A DNA stretch of 64,000 nt from the IMG/VR virus record IMGVR_UViG_3300044971_002243. The stretch is one strand, 5' to 3'. This document shows positions 38,615 through 47,070 of the stretch, piece after piece (the stretch's first letter is position 1; each line of letters starts with the position of its first letter). A program made the translations under genes and the position numbers. The notes under the pieces were generated by a model. It saw nothing but the letters and a program-made list of their open reading frames with translations, made no database searches and was not told where the DNA came from. The stretch comes from an uncultured virus (IMG/VR IMGVR_UViG_3300044971_002243). Lineage: Duplodnaviria; Heunggongvirae; Uroviricota; Caudoviricetes.

Positions 38615-39082
38615 ATGAAAAAAGAAATTGACATACATGAAGTGGCTGCATTTCTTGACACATGCGGTCCCGATACGAAAGTTTACATTGGTGCAGACAG
38701 TGAACGTTTTCAAATAAATGGTGAATGGTTTGCTGATTATATTCTAGCGGTTGTTGTTCATATCGATGGTCGGCACGGTTGCAAGATTTTTGGTTGTGTT
38801 CAGCGTGAACGTGATTACGAACAAAAGAAAAATCGCCCACGTATGCGTTTGATGACAGAAGTTTATAAAGTTTCGGAATTGTATTTAAAACTTTATGATG
38901 CAATACCACATGATATTGAAGTGCATTTAGATATTAATCCAAGTGAGATGCACGGCAGTTCATGTGTAGTAAACGAAGCAATTGGTTATATCAAAGGTAC
39001 ATGTAATGTTGTACCGCTTGTGAAACCAAAAGCTTTTGCAGCAAGTTATGCGGCAGATAGATTTAAAAGTATTGCTGCTTAA
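38615..39082 (+). CDS. RNase H-like YkuK (DUF458) family protein
   Basis: IGADS, EVHLDIN and ASYAAD motifs. Confidence 0.8.
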   Translation: MKKEIDIHEVAAFLDTCGPDTKVYIGADSERFQINGEWFADYILAVVVHIDGRHGCKIFGCVQRERDYEQKKNRPRMRLMTEVYKVSELYLKLYDAIPHDIEVHLDINPSEMHGSSCVVNEAIGYIKGTCNVVPLVKPKAFAASYAADRFKSIAA

Positions 39083-39086
39083 AAAT

Positions 39087-39160
39087 CTCGGTGTGATGTA
39101 ATGGTAGCATCGCAGTCTCCAAAACTGTTCGTTGCGGTTCAAGTCCGTACACCGAGGCCA
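39087..39160 (+). tRNA. tRNA-Trp(CCA)
   Basis: Cloverleaf with CCA. Confidence 0.9.
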
Positions 39161-39162
39161 GT

Positions 39163-39238
39163 GGTGTCTATAGTGTAGTGGTCTGCACGAATGTCTGTGG
39201 AACATTCAGTATGAGTTCAATCCTCATTAGACACCCCA
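39163..39238 (+). tRNA. tRNA-His(GTG)
   Basis: Cloverleaf with G-1:C73 pair. Confidence 0.9.
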
Positions 39239-39240
39239 AT

Positions 39241-39316
39241 GGTGCTTTAGCTGATGTGGTCATAGCGGCGGTTTGAAGAGCCGTTGAAGTTGGTTCGATT
39301 CCAACAGGCACCACCA
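39241..39316 (+). tRNA. tRNA-Phe(GAA)
   Basis: Cloverleaf with CCA. Confidence 0.9.
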
Positions 39317-39317
39317 T

Positions 39318-39391
39318 TGTCCTGTAGTTAAATGGTATAACTGTCGATTGATAATCGACCATTACAAGTTCAATTCTTGTCGGGACAACCA
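39318..39391 (+). tRNA. tRNA-Ile(GAT)
   Basis: Cloverleaf with CCA. Confidence 0.9.
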
Positions 39392-39392
39392 A

Positions 39393-39467
39393 GGTAATGT
39401 AGCATAACGGTAGTGCGCCTCCTTCATACGGAGTCAAGTGTAAGTTCGATTCTTACCATTACCACCA
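39393..39467 (+). tRNA. tRNA-Met(CAT), elongator-like
   Basis: Cloverleaf with TTCATAC loop and CCA. Confidence 0.85.
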
Positions 39468-39469
39468 AT

Positions 39470-39546
39470 GCCCCTTTGACGGAACTGGTATACGTGTATG
39501 TCTTAGGAACATAATTTTGAGGGTTCGAATCCCTTGGGGGGCACCA
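39470..39546 (+). tRNA. tRNA-Leu(TAG), short variable loop
   Basis: Cloverleaf with CTTAGGA loop and CCA. Confidence 0.85.
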
Positions 39547-39554
39547 AATTAAAC

Positions 39555-39629
39555 GCATCGTTAGTTCAGCGGTAGAATCCCTGCCTTACAAGCAGGTTGT
39601 CGTTGGTTCGAATCCAGCACGATGCACCA
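39555..39629 (+). tRNA. tRNA-Val(TAC)
   Basis: Cloverleaf with CCA. Confidence 0.95.
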
Positions 39630-39635
39630 AACAAC

Positions 39636-39713
39636 GGTAAGGTGGCTGAGTGGTCCAAAGCAACAGTCTGCAAAACTGTAAAACCATCGGTTCAAATCCG
39701 ATCCTTACCTCCA
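39636..39713 (+). tRNA. tRNA-Cys(GCA)
   Basis: Cloverleaf with U73 and CCA. Confidence 0.9.
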
Positions 39714-39717
39714 GAAT

Positions 39718-39807
39718 GGAAACGTGGCCGAGTGGTTTAAGGCTCTAGTCTTGAAAACTAGCGATTCAGAAATGGATCCGTGAGTTCGAATCTCACCGTT
39801 TCCGCCA
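39718..39807 (+). tRNA. tRNA-Ser(TGA)
   Basis: Cloverleaf with long variable arm and CCA. Confidence 0.95.
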
Positions 39808-39812
39808 AACAT

Positions 39813-39899
39813 GGAGAGTTGGCAGAGTGGTAATGCACCGGATTGCTAATCCGCCGTTTCGAAAGAGGCGCACAGGTTCGAATCCTGTACTCTCCGCCA
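39813..39899 (+). tRNA. tRNA-Ser(GCT)
   Basis: Cloverleaf with long variable arm and CCA. Confidence 0.95.
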
Positions 39900-39963
39900 T
39901 TTTTGGTAATGAAAATCGAAAATATTGACAAAAATCACTTTTTCAGTCATAATCACTACTATC

Positions 39964-40125
39964 ATGAATACGAAAAAATCAAAAATTTCTTCAAAACCAC
40001 GAAATTTTGTCGCTAAGGATCTCTTTTCGGCAAAATATCGCATGAAAGTTGAGAAATCACCCGCAGTATTTTATTCACGTGCAGTCGAAAAACAAAATTT
40101 TAGGAAAAATTATGACGGATTCTAG
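39964..40125 (+). CDS. small basic protein, weakly ArfA-like
   Basis: RNFVAKDLFSAKYRMKVEKS...YSR. Preceded by TTGACA-17-CATAAT (39925-39953). Confidence 0.5.
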   Translation: MNTKKSKISSKPRNFVAKDLFSAKYRMKVEKSPAVFYSRAVEKQNFRKNYDGF

Positions 40126-40528
40126 TAAAAACGAAGAAAATGATGATATTACTGAAAATTATGACGGTTTTTACTTTATTCCAACAGAGACTAAAGATGA
40201 ATCAAGCTACAAATTAGCATTTTTCACGTTTAAAGATGAAATGGCAAATGCAAAACCGATAGAAACGTCTGAAATGGGCGATACATTTCATATTGCATTC
40301 TTCAAACCCGATGAAAATGACCTTCCTGTGTTCGATGATTCGTTTGAAGCTATTTTGACTGACCCAATCGTGTATATTAACAATTTAGTTGGCACTGGTA
40401 TGTCTGGCTGCATACTCAGAAAGACTGAAAAATCGGAAGTTTGGTTTCAAGAGTATTTGGATTATATAACTGGCGGCGAATTTGAAACAAAAGTTCGTGA
40501 AATTGCAAAAAATATAGCGGAGAACTAA
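40112..40528 (+). CDS. acidic hypothetical protein
   Basis: AGGA SD. Confidence 0.6.
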   Translation: MTDSSKNEENDDITENYDGFYFIPTETKDESSYKLAFFTFKDEMANAKPIETSEMGDTFHIAFFKPDENDLPVFDDSFEAILTDPIVYINNLVGTGMSGCILRKTEKSEVWFQEYLDYITGGEFETKVREIAKNIAEN

Positions 40529-40529
40529 T

Positions 40530-40826
40530 ATGAATGTATTTTCTGGTGATAGTGATGATGCAAAAGCAGGTCGTGATTGGCTAAAAAGTTTGTTAGAAGA
40601 AAACACGGTAGAAGTTGTGTTTACTAAAAAAGATGGCACTGAACGTGTGATGAATTGTACATTGAAAGAAGATGTTCTGCCAACAGTACAAAAAGAAATT
40701 GAAGAAGATTCATTCACAAAGACAAAAGCAAAAGATGCACTTGCTGTTTGGGATGTTGACGCAAGTGGTTGGCGTTCTTTTCGTTGGGACTCAATCAAGT
40801 CTGTTAATTTTTCATTGGGAGCATAA
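40530..40826 (+). CDS. WYL_2 / Sm-like SH3-fold protein
   Basis: VFTKKDGTERVM..TL and VWDV..GWRSFR motifs. Confidence 0.75.
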   Translation: MNVFSGDSDDAKAGRDWLKSLLEENTVEVVFTKKDGTERVMNCTLKEDVLPTVQKEIEEDSFTKTKAKDALAVWDVDASGWRSFRWDSIKSVNFSLGA

Positions 40827-40828
40827 TT

Positions 40829-41119
40829 ATGCCTAAGTATATCGTAGAACAGTTGTCTTGTTTTAGAAATGTTCATGTTGTTGAAGCAGAAACCGAACAA
40901 GAAGCAATTGCAATCTCAGAACAAGCCGATGATAACTGGCAAGAATGGCTTGGTTGTCTGAAAGTTGACGTAAATCATTTTTCCGATGAACGTATTGCAT
41001 ATTTTAAAGAAAAAGATTATTTTTGGAATGGCGTATCATACAAAGATGCTGATGGCTATATCGGATATATACATCCGAGCGGTGAAAAAGTAGAACGTAA
41101 AGAAATTAAGATTAAATGA
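40829..41119 (+). CDS. hypothetical protein
   Basis: GGAG SD. Confidence 0.6.
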   Translation: MPKYIVEQLSCFRNVHVVEAETEQEAIAISEQADDNWQEWLGCLKVDVNHFSDERIAYFKEKDYFWNGVSYKDADGYIGYIHPSGEKVERKEIKIK

Positions 41120-41125
41120 AGCAAT

Positions 41126-41199
41126 GCGGGATTAGTTTAATGGTAAAACGTGAGCCTTCCAAGCTCCTGTTATCAGTTCGATTCTGATATCCCGCTCCA
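41126..41199 (+). tRNA. tRNA-Gly(TCC)
   Basis: Cloverleaf with U73 and CCA. Confidence 0.95.
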
Positions 41200-41209
41200 A
41201 AGGACAATT

Positions 41210-41413
41210 ATGGAACCATCAAAGCACTGGACGCTAGAAGTACAACAACATGAAGATGGAGATTACTTCATTGAATTTCCTGATGATGTTCTTGCTGAAG
41301 CTAATTGGAAAGAAGGCGATGTGATTGAATGGATTGATAATAAAGATGGTTCTTGGACATTGCGTAAAAAATTAGATGATAATCATGAAAATACTGATGA
41401 ATCTAAAGAGTAA
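41210..41413 (+). CDS. AbrB/MazE/SpoVT-like DNA-binding protein
   Basis: IEFPDDVL..ANWKEGDVIEW pattern. Confidence 0.65.
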   Translation: MEPSKHWTLEVQQHEDGDYFIEFPDDVLAEANWKEGDVIEWIDNKDGSWTLRKKLDDNHENTDESKE

Positions 41414-41455
41414 ATATGTTTAAATAAACGTGTTGTTATTTTTATAGGAGTTGTT

Positions 41456-41890
41456 ATGAGTTTGAAAGGCACAAAAACCGCAGAGTGTTTGAAAGAAGCT
41501 TTTGCGGGTGAATCTATGGCAAATCGTCGCTATCTGTATTTTGCAAATCAGTGCGATATTTCAGGTGAGAATGATTTGGCTGCATTGTTCCGTTCTACTG
41601 CTGAAGGTGAAACAGGACATGCACACGGTCACATGGAATATTTAATTGAAGGCGGTGCTGGCGAACCCGGTACAGACTTGCCGGCGAAAACTGCAAAAGA
41701 AATGCTAGAAGCTGCTGTTCATGGCGAAACGCATGAATATTCAGATATGTATCCTGGCATGGCGAAAATTGCACGTGATGAAGGTTTTGATGAAGTTGCT
41801 GATTGGTTTGAAACTTTGGCGAAAGCTGAACGTTCTCACGCTAATCGTTATCAAAAAGCGTTGGATAAACATATTGCAGAAAATTCTTAA
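41456..41890 (+). CDS. rubrerythrin (ferritin-like di-iron protein, no rubredoxin domain)
   Basis: [25 protein letters not shown] and AERSHA motifs. Confidence 0.9.
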   Translation: MSLKGTKTAECLKEAFAGESMANRRYLYFANQCDISGENDLAALFRSTAEGETGHAHGHMEYLIEGGAGEPGTDLPAKTAKEMLEAAVHGETHEYSDMYPGMAKIARDEGFDEVADWFETLAKAERSHANRYQKALDKHIAENS

Positions 41891-41900
41891 GGAGAAAACT

Positions 41901-41975
41901 ATGAACTGGACTACACCTGCGGCACAAGATATGCGTTTTGGTTTTGAAATCACAATGTACATCGCTAATCGTTAA
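41901..41975 (+). CDS. pqqA: pyrroloquinoline quinone precursor peptide
   Basis: MNWTTPAAQDMRFGFEITMYIANR with ExxxY core. SD AAGGAG. Confidence 0.9.
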   Translation: MNWTTPAAQDMRFGFEITMYIANR

Positions 41976-41985
41976 TCAGTAAAAT

Positions 41986-42010
41986 AAAAGCGGCTTAGGC
42001 CGCTTTTTTT
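41986..42010. terminator. bidirectional intrinsic terminator
   Basis: AAAAGCGGC-TTAG-GCCGCTTTTTTT between convergent genes. Confidence 0.9.
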
Positions 42011-42180
42011 CTTTCCCTATAAGCTTTTATTCTATAGTCTGCATCGTGTTTCATATTCTTCAATGCAGCATTTGTTATCATGGCAAAATGATTGCTGCGT
42101 GTGACAAGAATTAGAGTATTATCTTCATTTGTATAAACAAAGTAAAATAATTCTCCATCAATAACTTGAATTTTCAACAT
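41995..42180 (-). CDS. hypothetical protein
   Basis: Third gene of the minus-strand operon. Confidence 0.5.
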   Translation of the reverse strand: MLKIQVIDGELFYFVYTNEDNTLILVTRSNHFAMITNAALKNMKHDADYRIKAYRERKKAA

Positions 42181-42182
42181 TC

Positions 42183-42953
42183 TTATTTCGGCTCACAATC
42201 AACCCATTTTAAGTTATTATATTGCTCATAACCCCAAGTTCCTTTTGGTATCAAACATGTTCCAAGTTCTGGTCTTTCAGCTTTTCTTATCTCAACGATA
42301 CTCCACACTAAGGCAATAAAATAAAGAATTGAAAATGTTATAAGACTCCAACGAACAATTCTTTTTCTTAAATACGCCAATCTTCTTGCTCTTGTTGCTG
42401 CCGCTTTTTTATCTTTTTCTTTTTTAATTGTTATTGCAACCGATTGCTCATACTTAATGCGTTCCATCATTTTTTCGGTACGAGTGTATAAATCACCTAA
42501 TTCTGTCGGACATTGGTACACCATAATTTCACGAAGTTCTGCTTTCATTGCATCAAGGCGACTTATCATCAAAACACGTTGTAATGCTCTTTTACCTAAA
42601 CTCATTTCACCTGTGTAAACATCAAATGCATGTTTTTCTTCTTCTTCAAAGATTGCCATACATTTCGCATAGTTTTCAAAATAAGTTCCTAGTTCTTCTC
42701 CTATTTGTGTGAATACATCATCTGGCTGCTTTTTGCTAAGTTCAATAATTCTATTTTTTTCTTCAATAAATTGATTCTTCTCTGCAACTGTTGGAGCTTT
42801 ATCTTTAAACTTTGCATGAAACTGTTCATCAAGGTCCGATAGAATTCCTTTAACATCACCTGCGGCTGATGCTATCTCTTTATAAAGGGCACATCCCTGC
42901 TTAACGGCTGCAACTGCACCGTTTGCCAGAGCAAAGAGTGTTATCGGATCCAT
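42183..42953 (-). CDS. coiled-coil protein with C-terminal TM
   Basis: MDPITLFALANGAVAAVK N-terminus and a TM near the C-terminus. Confidence 0.7.
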   Translation of the reverse strand: MDPITLFALANGAVAAVKQGCALYKEIASAAGDVKGILSDLDEQFHAKFKDKAPTVAEKNQFIEEKNRIIELSKKQPDDVFTQIGEELGTYFENYAKCMAIFEEEEKHAFDVYTGEMSLGKRALQRVLMISRLDAMKAELREIMVYQCPTELGDLYTRTEKMMERIKYEQSVAITIKKEKDKKAAATRARRLAYLRKRIVRWSLITFSILYFIALVWSIVEIRKAERPELGTCLIPKGTWGYEQYNNLKWVDCEPK

Positions 42954-42960
42954 AGAATAC

Positions 42961-43176
42961 TTAAACTTTCTTCTTTTTTTCTATCGAATCTTTTAACATA
43001 TTTTTGAAAAGTCTGACGGTATTTTGCACATTCTTTTCCGCAAATACTTTTACTACCATCAACTTTTCGTCATAGCTATTTGCGTTCTCCAAAAATTCTT
43101 TAGGAACAGCAAGTTTCTTTTTTTTGGGTTTAAATTTGTCTAATTTAGCTTTTACGTCTTCCGAATCATCGGACAT
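42961..43176 (-). CDS. hypothetical basic protein
   Basis: AAGGA SD on the minus strand. Confidence 0.55.
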   Translation of the reverse strand: MSDDSEDVKAKLDKFKPKKKKLAVPKEFLENANSYDEKLMVVKVFAEKNVQNTVRLFKNMLKDSIEKKKKV

Positions 43177-43292
43177 GTTAGGATTTCCTTGAATGTGTTA
43201 CAATCACGAAAATCACTAATACTATGAACTGAACGGGTATCCAAACATCCGGACACTCAGTTAGTATGGGAAATCATTGCCACAAATCACAC

Positions 43293-43322
43293 TTGACAAT
43301 CACCTAATATTTATGCTATACT
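43293..43322 (+). promoter_or_regulatory. sigma70-type promoter with a divergent late-promoter motif (CATAAATA, minus strand) in its spacer
   Basis: TTGACA-18-TATACT. TATTTATG at 43308-43315. Confidence 0.55.
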
Positions 43323-43356
43323 GTGATTTCGTGAATAAATACATGCAGGAGTTATT

Positions 43357-44424
43357 ATGAGTAAGTCAATTGACATAAAAGCAATCTTATCAAACAACAA
43401 AGAACCCAAGTTTTCGGGTGAATTGTCACAATCGCAACTGACTCAGGCGCTGAACTGGTACGCCCAGAATCGTGATTCCAAAGATGCAACAAAATATGCA
43501 TCCGACTATCTCAAAAAGAAATACAAAATAACGGGCCTGGATGCTCTTAAAACCGTTCCGACTACATTTGGGTTTCTGTGTCGTATCGTAAGCACCGGAG
43601 GGGTCCTAGATGGTTCCAACGCTGCCTGGTTTGATGAGACTGTCAACAAAATCAAAAACACAAAACAAGTTACAAAAGTTGTAACAGAGAAGACTGCGAA
43701 CATCCAGGATTATATTAAAAGAAAAGCAAGTGATTGTATTGGTGAACTGGAAGGTCAAATTGACGATTTGATAATTTCTGATTTCAAAGCAGATGTTTCA
43801 CCTTTTGCAACAATGAACAATTTTGAAATAAAAGCAGCACATACAAAATTTGTAATAGAACATTTCAAAAAACGTCGAGTTGAATATGATGAAGTTTTGA
43901 CAACAACCGATTCTGATATCAAAGAAGCATATTCAAACTTTACAAAAACGCAACTTAAAAAATTGGTAGCATACTGTGACCAAGTAATTGTTGATGGTAT
44001 GAAATTAGCTGGTGAAGCGGTAAAGTCACGCAAGCCCCGTAAGCGTAAAGCAAAGTCTGCCGAACAAATTGTTGGTAAGATGAATTATGCAAAAGATTTT
44101 GCTGAAATGAAACTTGTATCTGTTGATCCGAAAACAATCATTGGTGCATCATCGTTGTGGGTGTATAATACCAAAACACGAAAGCTTGGCGTGTATCATG
44201 CACTTGATGCTGCTGGTTTGAATATCAAAGGTTCAACAATACAAAACTTTGCCGAAAGCAAATCAATATGTAAAACACTTCGTAAACCTGAAGTAACAAT
44301 ACCGGAAGTTTTAAAAGCGGGTAAAGTTACACTCCGTACTTTATTAACAGATACTCGTGCCGCAGAAAAAGTGTTGACTGGTCGTATTAATACTGATACA
44401 ATTCTATTGAGAGTGACAAAATGA
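43357..44424 (+). CDS. conserved T4-like phage hypothetical protein
   Basis: Long ORF with LWVYNTKTRKL, KTLRKPE and GRINTDTILL motifs. Confidence 0.75.
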   Translation: MSKSIDIKAILSNNKEPKFSGELSQSQLTQALNWYAQNRDSKDATKYASDYLKKKYKITGLDALKTVPTTFGFLCRIVSTGGVLDGSNAAWFDETVNKIKNTKQVTKVVTEKTANIQDYIKRKASDCIGELEGQIDDLIISDFKADVSPFATMNNFEIKAAHTKFVIEHFKKRRVEYDEVLTTTDSDIKEAYSNFTKTQLKKLVAYCDQVIVDGMKLAGEAVKSRKPRKRKAKSAEQIVGKMNYAKDFAEMKLVSVDPKTIIGASSLWVYNTKTRKLGVYHALDAAGLNIKGSTIQNFAESKSICKTLRKPEVTIPEVLKAGKVTLRTLLTDTRAAEKVLTGRINTDTILLRVTK

Positions 44425-44518
44425 CGATGCGCGGTTATTACTACCGTAAATTTAAATTCCATTTGAAACTTACATTCTTATTTTTGTTCAAAGGTGTAGT
44501 TCTAGGAAAACACGTAAA

Positions 44519-45367
44519 ATGATAATTTTTGACTACAATCAAGTGGCAATCTCGTCACTTATGGAACAAATCGGTTCATCTAAAAAACCGGTTGAAGAAA
44601 ATCTTGTTCGACATATGATATTGAATGTTATTCGGACATATGTAAAAAAATTCAAAGAAACTTATGGACCAGAAGTTGTGATTGCTTGTGATAATCGCAA
44701 TTACTGGCGCCGTGAGTATTTTCCCCAATACAAAGCAAGTCGTAAGAAGAGCAGAGATGCATCTGGTCATGATTGGAATTCAATCTTTGATTGTTTGCAT
44801 AAAATTAAAACTGAACTTAAAGAGCATTCACCATATAAAGTGATTGATGTGGAAACTGCTGAAGCCGACGATATTATTGCCACATTAACGATACTCAAAT
44901 CAGCTAGTGAAAAGGTAATGATTCTTTCTTCGGATAAAGATTTTGCACAACTACAGAAATATCCTAATGTGCAACAATATTCTCCCATACTAAAGAAGTT
45001 TATCAATGAACCTCTGCCTGCTGTTCAGTTGAAGCAGATGATTATTCGTGGTGACAAGGGTGATGGTATTCCCAACATTCTGACACAAGATAATGTGTTT
45101 ATTGAAGGCGGTCGTCAAAAGCCTATTACTGAAGCAAAGATTATTAACTGGCTGAATCAAAAGCCAGAAGAATTTTGTAATGACGATATGCTTCGCAACT
45201 ACAAACGAAATGAACTTCTGATTGATTTGACCAAAGTTCCAGAAACTCTTCAAAAAAGTATTATAGATACATATGAATCTTCTGCTGGTCATCCAAAACA
45301 GAAGTTTATGAATTATATGATTGCAAACAAACTAAAAAATTTACTTGAGGTAGTCCATGAGTTCTGA
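44519..45367 (+). CDS. rnh: T4-type RNase H (5'-3' flap exonuclease)
   Basis: YWRR..FPQYKASR, EADDII, SSDKDF and GDKGDGIPN motifs. Confidence 0.95.
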   Translation: MIIFDYNQVAISSLMEQIGSSKKPVEENLVRHMILNVIRTYVKKFKETYGPEVVIACDNRNYWRREYFPQYKASRKKSRDASGHDWNSIFDCLHKIKTELKEHSPYKVIDVETAEADDIIATLTILKSASEKVMILSSDKDFAQLQKYPNVQQYSPILKKFINEPLPAVQLKQMIIRGDKGDGIPNILTQDNVFIEGGRQKPITEAKIINWLNQKPEEFCNDDMLRNYKRNELLIDLTKVPETLQKSIIDTYESSAGHPKQKFMNYMIANKLKNLLEVVHEF

Positions 45368-45788
45368 AAAACTTTATTCTGAAATCTTTGAAGATTTTGA
45401 AAAAGCTACAACCAAACAAGAACGTATAAATCTTCTACGCCGTGAGGGTGATGAACGATTTCGATTCTTTCTTCAACTAGTATTCAACCCTGCAATTGAG
45501 TTTGATATTGTGTTACCACACATTTATCGACCTGCTAAAGACCCTGCGGGTTTAAACTATGCATACCTTGACACTGAAATGCCGAAGATGTATCGGTTTA
45601 TCAAAAATCATCCAATGCGACCACAAGAATTTACCGCAGATAAGACTACACAATTAATTTTGGTTATGCTAGAATCTCTTCATAGAGATGAAGCAGCAAT
45701 GATTCTTAAAGTCTTCCAGAAAGATTTCAAAGTAAAACATTTAACTCCTTCTTTGGTAAAAGAAGCATTTCCTGATTTGATTATATGA
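45357..45788 (+). CDS. conserved T4-like hypothetical protein
   Basis: MLESLHRDEA...LVKEAFP motif. Typical neighbour of rnh. Confidence 0.65.
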   Translation: MSSEKLYSEIFEDFEKATTKQERINLLRREGDERFRFFLQLVFNPAIEFDIVLPHIYRPAKDPAGLNYAYLDTEMPKMYRFIKNHPMRPQEFTADKTTQLILVMLESLHRDEAAMILKVFQKDFKVKHLTPSLVKEAFPDLII

Positions 45789-46225
45789 AAATAGTCGTTG
45801 TCTCTGGCGGATTTGACCCAATTCATTCCGGGCATCTTGCAATGTTGCGTGAAGCATCCGGTATGGGTGACAAACTTATTGTTGGCGTAAACTCTGATGC
45901 ATGGCTTACACGTAAAAAAGGTAAGCCATTTATGAACATTCGTGAACGCAAGGCAATACTTCAATCCATTCGTTGGGTTGATGAAGTATGGGAGTTTGAT
46001 GATTCTGATGGCACTGCATGTGAATTGCTTGAGCGTGTAAGAACTCATCATCAACAAATATTACCAATATTGTCTAACTTTTCAATTTGGTTTGCGAATG
46101 GTGGTGATAGAAATGAATCTAACAACGCTGAAGCAAATGTGCCAAATATTAATTTTGTATATGGTGTTGGCGGCAGTAATAAAATGAACTCATCATCTTG
46201 GATATTAAGGAACTGGAATGAGTAA
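45785..46225 (+). CDS. cytidylyltransferase-family nucleotidyltransferase (RfaE-C/TagD-like)
   Basis: GGFDPIHSGH, VGVNSD, ANGGDR and SSS motifs. Confidence 0.85.
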   Translation: MKIVVVSGGFDPIHSGHLAMLREASGMGDKLIVGVNSDAWLTRKKGKPFMNIRERKAILQSIRWVDEVWEFDDSDGTACELLERVRTHHQQILPILSNFSIWFANGGDRNESNNAEANVPNINFVYGVGGSNKMNSSSWILRNWNE

Positions 46226-46317
46226 TGGTGGAAAAGGCTCAAAGCCAAGACCCATTGAAATACCACGTGAAAAATTCAATGATAACTGGGATAAAATTTT
46301 TAAGAAAAGGGTGAAGG

Positions 46318-47070
46318 ATGAAAGTAGCAGTGGTAACACCGACAATCGGAGCAACAACTCTAAGTGATTGTCTTCAATCTGTTGATGAACAGACCTATGA
46401 TAATCTGACACATTATGTTTTTCTTGATGGTAAAGAACATGAAAGCAAAATTTGGCATCAGATGGAAGGCGCAACAAAAGTTAAAACCGTTCGTCTTGAA
46501 GAAAATATCGGAAAAGGCTGGTATGGTCATCGTGTATACGCTGCATGTGGTTTTCTTGTCAATGCTGATGTTATATGTTACCTCGATGAAGATAATTGGC
46601 TTGAGCCTAATCACATTGAGAAGTTGGTTGATAGAATCAAAAAAGGCGCTGATTGGGCGTATTCATTAAGAAAAATTTACGATAAAGAAGGTAACTTTCT
46701 TTGTGAAGACAATTGTGAATCACTAGGACAATGGCCAATTTATTTTAATCCCGATGCGTATCATATTGATACATCCTCATTTATGGTAAAAGCTGATATT
46801 GCTCGTAATTTGAGTATGGCTTGGTATGCACAGTGGGGAGCTGACAGACAATTCTTCAATGCACTGAAACAATATTTTCCAAACTTTTCTTGTTCAAAAG
46901 AATATTCACTATGTTATAGACTTGATGGTAATCCTAAATCAGTTACGGCAGATTTTTTTGAAAAAGGTAATAAAGAAAATGCTAAGAAATACTCAAATGG
47001 ATTTCCTTGGCAGCAACAATATAAAGAAGAGTACACTGTTGGACCTGGTATAACTATAGTGAGTGGATAA
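46318..47070 (+). CDS. glycosyltransferase family 2
   Basis: VVTPT, SVDEQTY, YLDEDN and GADR motifs. Confidence 0.85.
   Translation: MKVAVVTPTIGATTLSDCLQSVDEQTYDNLTHYVFLDGKEHESKIWHQMEGATKVKTVRLEENIGKGWYGHRVYAACGFLVNADVICYLDEDNWLEPNHIEKLVDRIKKGADWAYSLRKIYDKEGNFLCEDNCESLGQWPIYFNPDAYHIDTSSFMVKADIARNLSMAWYAQWGADRQFFNALKQYFPNFSCSKEYSLCYRLDGNPKSVTADFFEKGNKENAKKYSNGFPWQQQYKEEYTVGPGITIVSG

Noticed and set aside
36197..39437. ORF-track ORFs over the tRNA array (e.g. 36197-36487, 36298-36606, 36850-37152, 37545-37751, 38960-39205, 39168-39437)
   Set aside because: They are shadows of tRNA genes (mostly antisense), with no SD or protein-like composition.
41150..41209. GTG start of ORF 41150-41413
   Set aside because: It lies inside tRNA-Gly. 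ATG 41210 has an AGGA SD.
41721..41900. 84-aa ORF 41721-41975
   Set aside because: The upstream part overlaps rubrerythrin out of frame. The real gene is the 24-aa pqqA starting at 41901 with its own SD.
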